Below are positions 63,708-64,000 of a DNA stretch of 64,000 nt, piece by piece. Made by a program: the position numbers and the translations under genes. The notes below the pieces were generated by a model, which ran no database searches, was not told the origin of the DNA, and saw nothing but the letters and a program-made list of their open reading frames with translations. Location of the stretch: the IMG/VR virus record IMGVR_UViG_3300021426_000001. One strand, written 5' to 3'. The DNA comes from a virus (Duplodnaviria > Caudoviricetes). Each line of letters opens with the position of its first letter. Position 1 is the first letter of the stretch.

Positions 63708-63715
63708 TATTTATA
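63708..63715 (-). promoter_or_regulatory. late promoter
   Basis: TATAAATA. Confidence 0.75.
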
Positions 63716-63784
63716 CAAAAAGCTGACTGGGTTACAGTCAGCTTTCTATATGAGTAGTCGATCAAAGAAACGGTGAGCTTCTTA

Positions 63785-64000
63785 TTAGATGCCCATATCC
63801 TTGATGAACTGGCGGAACTTCACGACTTCGTCAAGAGCGCCCTTTGCGTAAGCCTTCTCTTGTGCGAGTGCGGAGCCCTGGAGTCCCTCAGGGATCTTGT
63901 AGTTCTTGACTTCCTCGATCTCGATGTCGAGTCTCTGCTTGAGCTTTCTCACGGCCTGGATGATGAAGTCATTGCTGTCGATAGTTGCGTCTGTAGAGTT
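63785..64000 (-). CDS. hypothetical protein, partial (C-terminus only)
   Basis: Hand-translated ...DFIIQAVRKLKQRLDIEIEEVKNYKIPEG...FRQFIKDMGI-stop. Confidence 0.65.
   Translation of the reverse strand, partial: NSTDATIDSNDFIIQAVRKLKQRLDIEIEEVKNYKIPEGLQGSALAQEKAYAKGALDEVVKFRQFIKDMGI

Noticed and set aside
1-64000. Stop-codon reassignment as seen in some large gut phages
   Set aside because: Core genes are full length in the standard code, and TAG, TGA and TAA all end genes cleanly next to the following start

Overview
A 64 kb internal fragment of a large T4-like (myovirus-type, probably jumbo) dsDNA phage genome. Nearly all genes are on the minus strand and the standard genetic code reads through without interruptions. 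Recognisable genes include T4 core homologues (prohead protease gp21, neck gp14, sheath gp18, baseplate gp25/gp26/gp53/gp27-like, several tail-tube-fold paralogues, UvsW, family B DNA polymerase, RNase H-like nuclease, dCMP deaminase), plus dUTPase, ThyX, a DinG helicase, a sigma-70 factor, a tail-fibre block and many small early genes. Two promoter classes are visible: sigma70-like TTTACA-N17-TATATT and T4-late TATAAATA. The most notable observations are: (1) the terminase large subunit is present only as its C-terminal half, headed by a 117-aa atypically split intein C-fragment, with no N-half found in the window; (2) the DNA polymerase carries two Hint/intein-like insertions without splice-junction residues and an SLYP-to-SSYP change; (3) a divergent thymidylate-synthase-fold gene has Asp at the dCMP-specificity position, alongside conspicuous enrichment of 4-bp palindromes, suggesting modified DNA; (4) a ~600 bp non-coding locus of phased A/T tracts and CGGG repeats may be an origin, pac site or terminus; (5) an endolysin/micro-membrane peptide/patatin cassette; (6) an array of tail-tube paralogues, one fused to a Cys-His amidase; (7) terminator hairpins carrying the next promoter's -35 box, and probable leaderless mRNAs. 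All family assignments come from motif recognition by eye; no searches were run. No tRNA, rRNA or CRISPR array was recognised.
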